From positions 64,001-128,000 of the forward strand of contig CBDVDR010000008.1 of the NCBI GenBank assembly GCA_965372795.1: DNA of 64,000 nt. The letters run 5' to 3'. Position numbers and translations under genes: made by a program. The DNA comes from an uncultured bacterium (GTDB lineage: Bacteria > Zixibacteria > MSB-5A5 > GN15 > FEB-12). The stretch's first letter is position 1, and each line of letters begins with the position of its first letter. The notes beneath the pieces were generated by a model. It was not told the origin of the DNA. It ran no database searches and worked only from the letters and a program-made list of their open reading frames with translations. This document shows, piece by piece, positions 60,827 through 64,000 of this stretch.

Positions 60827-62539
60827 TTGGATAAAAAGAACATAATATTGATCGTAGCGTTAGTTGTAGTAGCAATATTTTACTTCCAGATAATGGAATT
60901 TCTGGGTTATTACACTCCCCCAACTTCGCAACCTGTAGTTACTGATACAGTTACGGTATCACAAACGACTCCTGAAACTCAGCCGATGCCTGTTGAAATA
61001 TCAGCAGAATCAATGGATGTAACCAGACAAGTAATAGCAGCCCAACCGGTTACAGATTCGTTAGTCAGTGACACTATTATTGTTAAGACGCAAATGTATG
61101 AGATTATGTTAACTTCATTCGGAGGTGGACCGGTCTCAATCAAATTGAACAATTATGACTATCGTAATGATGTCAAAATTGAAATGTTACCTGAATCAAC
61201 CTCCCCTACTCCTGAAGCGATATTTGCCGGCGGTACTTTTTCCACTTCTAATATTCCTTACACATCAAATCTTCAAGCAGGTACTTATGAAGTAACCTCT
61301 CAACCACTTGAAATTGTCTACACTTATGCTTTAAGTGTTGGTGGTGAGATTATAAAAAAATATACCTTCAATCCTGATAAATATAATTTTGATCTGGTTC
61401 TTGAAGTAAATCAGCGCGAAAGATTTGGATTTGAACGCAAATATAATATGATGTGGAACTCCCCGATTGGAGTCACCGAGCCACAGTCTGATATTGATTA
61501 TCAGGCGATGGAAGCAGTCGCTATGATGATGGGTGAGCGTGAAACGCTTGATGATTATGATGACAATGATAAACTAAATCAGACTCTTGCCGGTTCAACT
61601 TCGTGGGCAGGAGTTCGTTCTAAATATTTTGCGGCTGTAATAATTCCGCGCAACAGAGTTGCCGAAGGTGCTATTGCTAAAGGTTTCAAGTCAGAGAAAC
61701 TTGAACCGGATGGATCTTCAGTAGAAGCCCGTTCGATAACCGCCGGTTTAGAAATGCCATTTGCAAATGTCAGTGTTATTTCAGACAGTTTTACAGTTTT
61801 TGTTGGTCCTCTTGATTACACAGCGATGTCCGGTTACGATGTCGGACTTGAGGATATTCTTGGAATTGGAACAACGCCATTTGTCGGATGGATAATCAAA
61901 CCATTTGCAATCGGATTAATTTGGATTCTTCCCAGGATCTATGATTTTGTTCCCAACTATGGTATCGTAATTATTCTTATAGCTTTCTTAGTAAAAGTTA
62001 TAACTTTGCCTTTGTCTATGAAAGCCTTCAAGTCGATGCAGGCAATGAAAGAACTTCAACCAAAAATTGATGAGCTTAAAAAGAAGCATAAGAAAAATCC
62101 TCAGTCGTTAAATAAGGAGATGATGAAACTCTATAAGACGCATGGGGTAAGTCCGCTGTCGGGCTGTTTACCGATGCTTCCCCAGATGCCTCTTCTCTTT
62201 GCCATGTTTGCAGTTATTCGCCAGACGATTCTACTTCGTGACGCACCCTTTTTCTGGTTTATTGATGATTTGTCAAGGGGCGCATCCGGCATAATGGATC
62301 CTTATATTATTCTGGTCATCTTTATGATTGGGGCACAGTTTATCTCACAAAAATTAACGATGGCAACCAATCAACAGAATAAAGCGATGATTTATATGAT
62401 GCCGTTGATGATGGGCTTTTTCTTCTATTCCTTCGCTTCCGGACTGGTTCTATACTGGGCCTGCTTCTCAATCTTCTCTTTGATAGATTATTTCTTATTC
62501 AAACGTAATAAAAAAAATGCGCATGTTAAGGTGGCATAA
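60827..62539 (+). CDS. yidC: Membrane protein insertase YidC
   Basis: N-terminal TM, periplasmic domain, NYGIVII, LQPKI, GCLPML.QMP, GLVLYW. Confidence 0.96.
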   Translation: MDKKNIILIVALVVVAIFYFQIMEFLGYYTPPTSQPVVTDTVTVSQTTPETQPMPVEISAESMDVTRQVIAAQPVTDSLVSDTIIVKTQMYEIMLTSFGGGPVSIKLNNYDYRNDVKIEMLPESTSPTPEAIFAGGTFSTSNIPYTSNLQAGTYEVTSQPLEIVYTYALSVGGEIIKKYTFNPDKYNFDLVLEVNQRERFGFERKYNMMWNSPIGVTEPQSDIDYQAMEAVAMMMGERETLDDYDDNDKLNQTLAGSTSWAGVRSKYFAAVIIPRNRVAEGAIAKGFKSEKLEPDGSSVEARSITAGLEMPFANVSVISDSFTVFVGPLDYTAMSGYDVGLEDILGIGTTPFVGWIIKPFAIGLIWILPRIYDFVPNYGIVIILIAFLVKVITLPLSMKAFKSMQAMKELQPKIDELKKKHKKNPQSLNKEMMKLYKTHGVSPLSGCLPMLPQMPLLFAMFAVIRQTILLRDAPFFWFIDDLSRGASGIMDPYIILVIFMIGAQFISQKLTMATNQQNKAMIYMMPLMMGFFFYSFASGLVLYWACFSIFSLIDYFLFKRNKKNAHVKVA

Positions 62540-62543
62540 AAAG

Positions 62544-63943
62544 TTGACACCTAAAAAAAAAAGTTAACTACTCTTAGCGGCAATGAAACCATTGCCGCTA
62601 TCATAACTCCCCCCGGAGAAGGCGGTATTGCCGCTATCCGTCTTGCTGGCAAACAAAGTTTATCAATTTTAGAAAATCATTTTTCTTTTAATAATAAGAA
62701 TGAAAAATCATTCAAGCCGTTTTTGATGAGATTCGGACTTTTTAATAATAATAATAATGAGATCATAGATGAAATTACGGCAGTCTTTATGCCGGAAGGT
62801 AAATCATACACCGGACTGGAACAGGTTGAAATCTTTTGTCATGGCGGACAACAGGTTGTTACAAAGATTTTAAATGAATTACTTTCATCCGGAGCCAGGG
62901 CAGCCGAACCGGGAGAGTTTACCCAACTTGCATTTCTATCCGGAAAAATTGATCTTCTGAAAGCTGAGGCTGTTGCTGAGATAATTGCCGCCAATACCGA
63001 ACATTCATTTGAGACAGCCCGGGAACATCTTTTGGGAAGTTATTCAAATGAAATTGAGAAAATACGAGATTCTATCATTTCTATAATAGCAGAAGTCGAA
63101 GCCTCGATTGATTACCCTGAGGAAGAGATCGACCCATCCGACAGGCGAGGCCTGTTAGACACAATTTCGAAGTTAGTGGATGATATAGAAGCCCTTGAAG
63201 AAACATATCAGGGTGGGAAAATTATTAATGAGGGGTATAAAATCGCCATTGCGGGACGCCCTAATGCAGGTAAGTCATCTTTGTTCAACCAGTTACTTAA
63301 AAAAGAACGGGCTTTGGTAACTTCTACTGCCGGAACGACCAGGGATTACCTTTCGGAATGGATCGATCTCGAAGGTTTTGCAGTCAATATTATTGATACT
63401 GCCGGAATTCGTAAGGGTGGCGGTAAAATTGAAAAGGCTGGTCAAAAATCGGCTAAGAAAATAATTGATTCTTCAAATATGGTACTGTGGATTTACGATT
63501 TGTCCCGGAAAAGTTGGAAAAATGAACTTGAAACTGACATGAAAACGATGCAACACAGTAATATAACATTTATAGGCAACAAGAATGATCTGGTCGAAGC
63601 TAATGATGTTAAAGAATATAACAATTATGAATCAATAGCTGTCTCTTGTGTAACCGGATCCGGAATTAAAAAATTAAAAAAAGAGATTATAAAGAATATA
63701 GAGAATAAAATGCCTGATTTCACATCCGGTTTGATTGTAACCTCTGCCAGGCATCAACAAAAATTGAAAATAGCAAACGGTTGTTTACAAAATGCAAAGG
63801 AATTGATCACAATATCAGAATCCCCGGAGATTACAGCAGTTGAGCTACGTTCAGCAGCATCGGCGATTGATGAGATAACCGGCAAGGTATATACAGAGGA
63901 GATATTAGGTAAAATATTCTCGAAATTCTGTGTCGGCAAATAG
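62544..63943 (+). CDS. mnmE: tRNA U34 modification GTPase MnmE; 5' end frameshifted at A10 run (62553-62562)
   Basis: ETIAAIITPPGEGGIAAIRLAG (from 62585) in frame with ORF 62723-63943; GRPNAGKSS, GTTRD, DTAG, NKND, FCVGK. Confidence 0.93.
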
Positions 63944-64000
63944 CCGATTGGCGAAGCCCGTTTATTATAATATGAAATTGAGTTTAAAGATTAAACTAAA

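Noticed and set aside
62583..62606. ATG at 62583 as the mnmE start
   Set aside because: Out of frame; reads MKPLPLS then TAA.
1..64000. Short shadow ORFs inside pepF, ileS, uvrA, dnaN and others; also CRISPR arrays, tRNA/rRNA, parS and transposases
   Set aside because: The shadow ORFs lie within well-supported genes and lack motifs. I saw no spaced direct repeats, RNA genes, parS palindrome or transposase motifs by eye.

Overview
AT-rich bacterial chromosomal window, almost all core or housekeeping genes, spanning the probable replication origin (DnaA boxes on both sides of dnaA, then dnaN-recF). C-terminal dockerin-like tails on two large secreted proteins suggest an FCB-group candidate phylum such as Zixibacteria (inference). 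I saw no rRNA, tRNA, CRISPR array or transposase. Main observations: (1) the likely mnmE start is out of frame with its conserved N-terminus across an A10 Lys-codon run followed by a perfect 11-bp hairpin, which is either recoding/slippage (possibly autoregulatory) or an assembly error; (2) a type 2 IleRS with the swapped GIHH motif; (3) Rex boxes upstream of rex and of a TonB receptor/tandem-HmuY locus; (4) a recurrent sigma-28-like promoter motif upstream of non-flagellar genes; (5) a split origin region, with the rpmH operon about 36 kb downstream of dnaA and gyrB absent after recF; (6) tandem paralogous dockerin-tailed proteins; (7) an M1-like peptidase lacking HEXXH. All product calls come from motif recognition by eye; no database searches were run.
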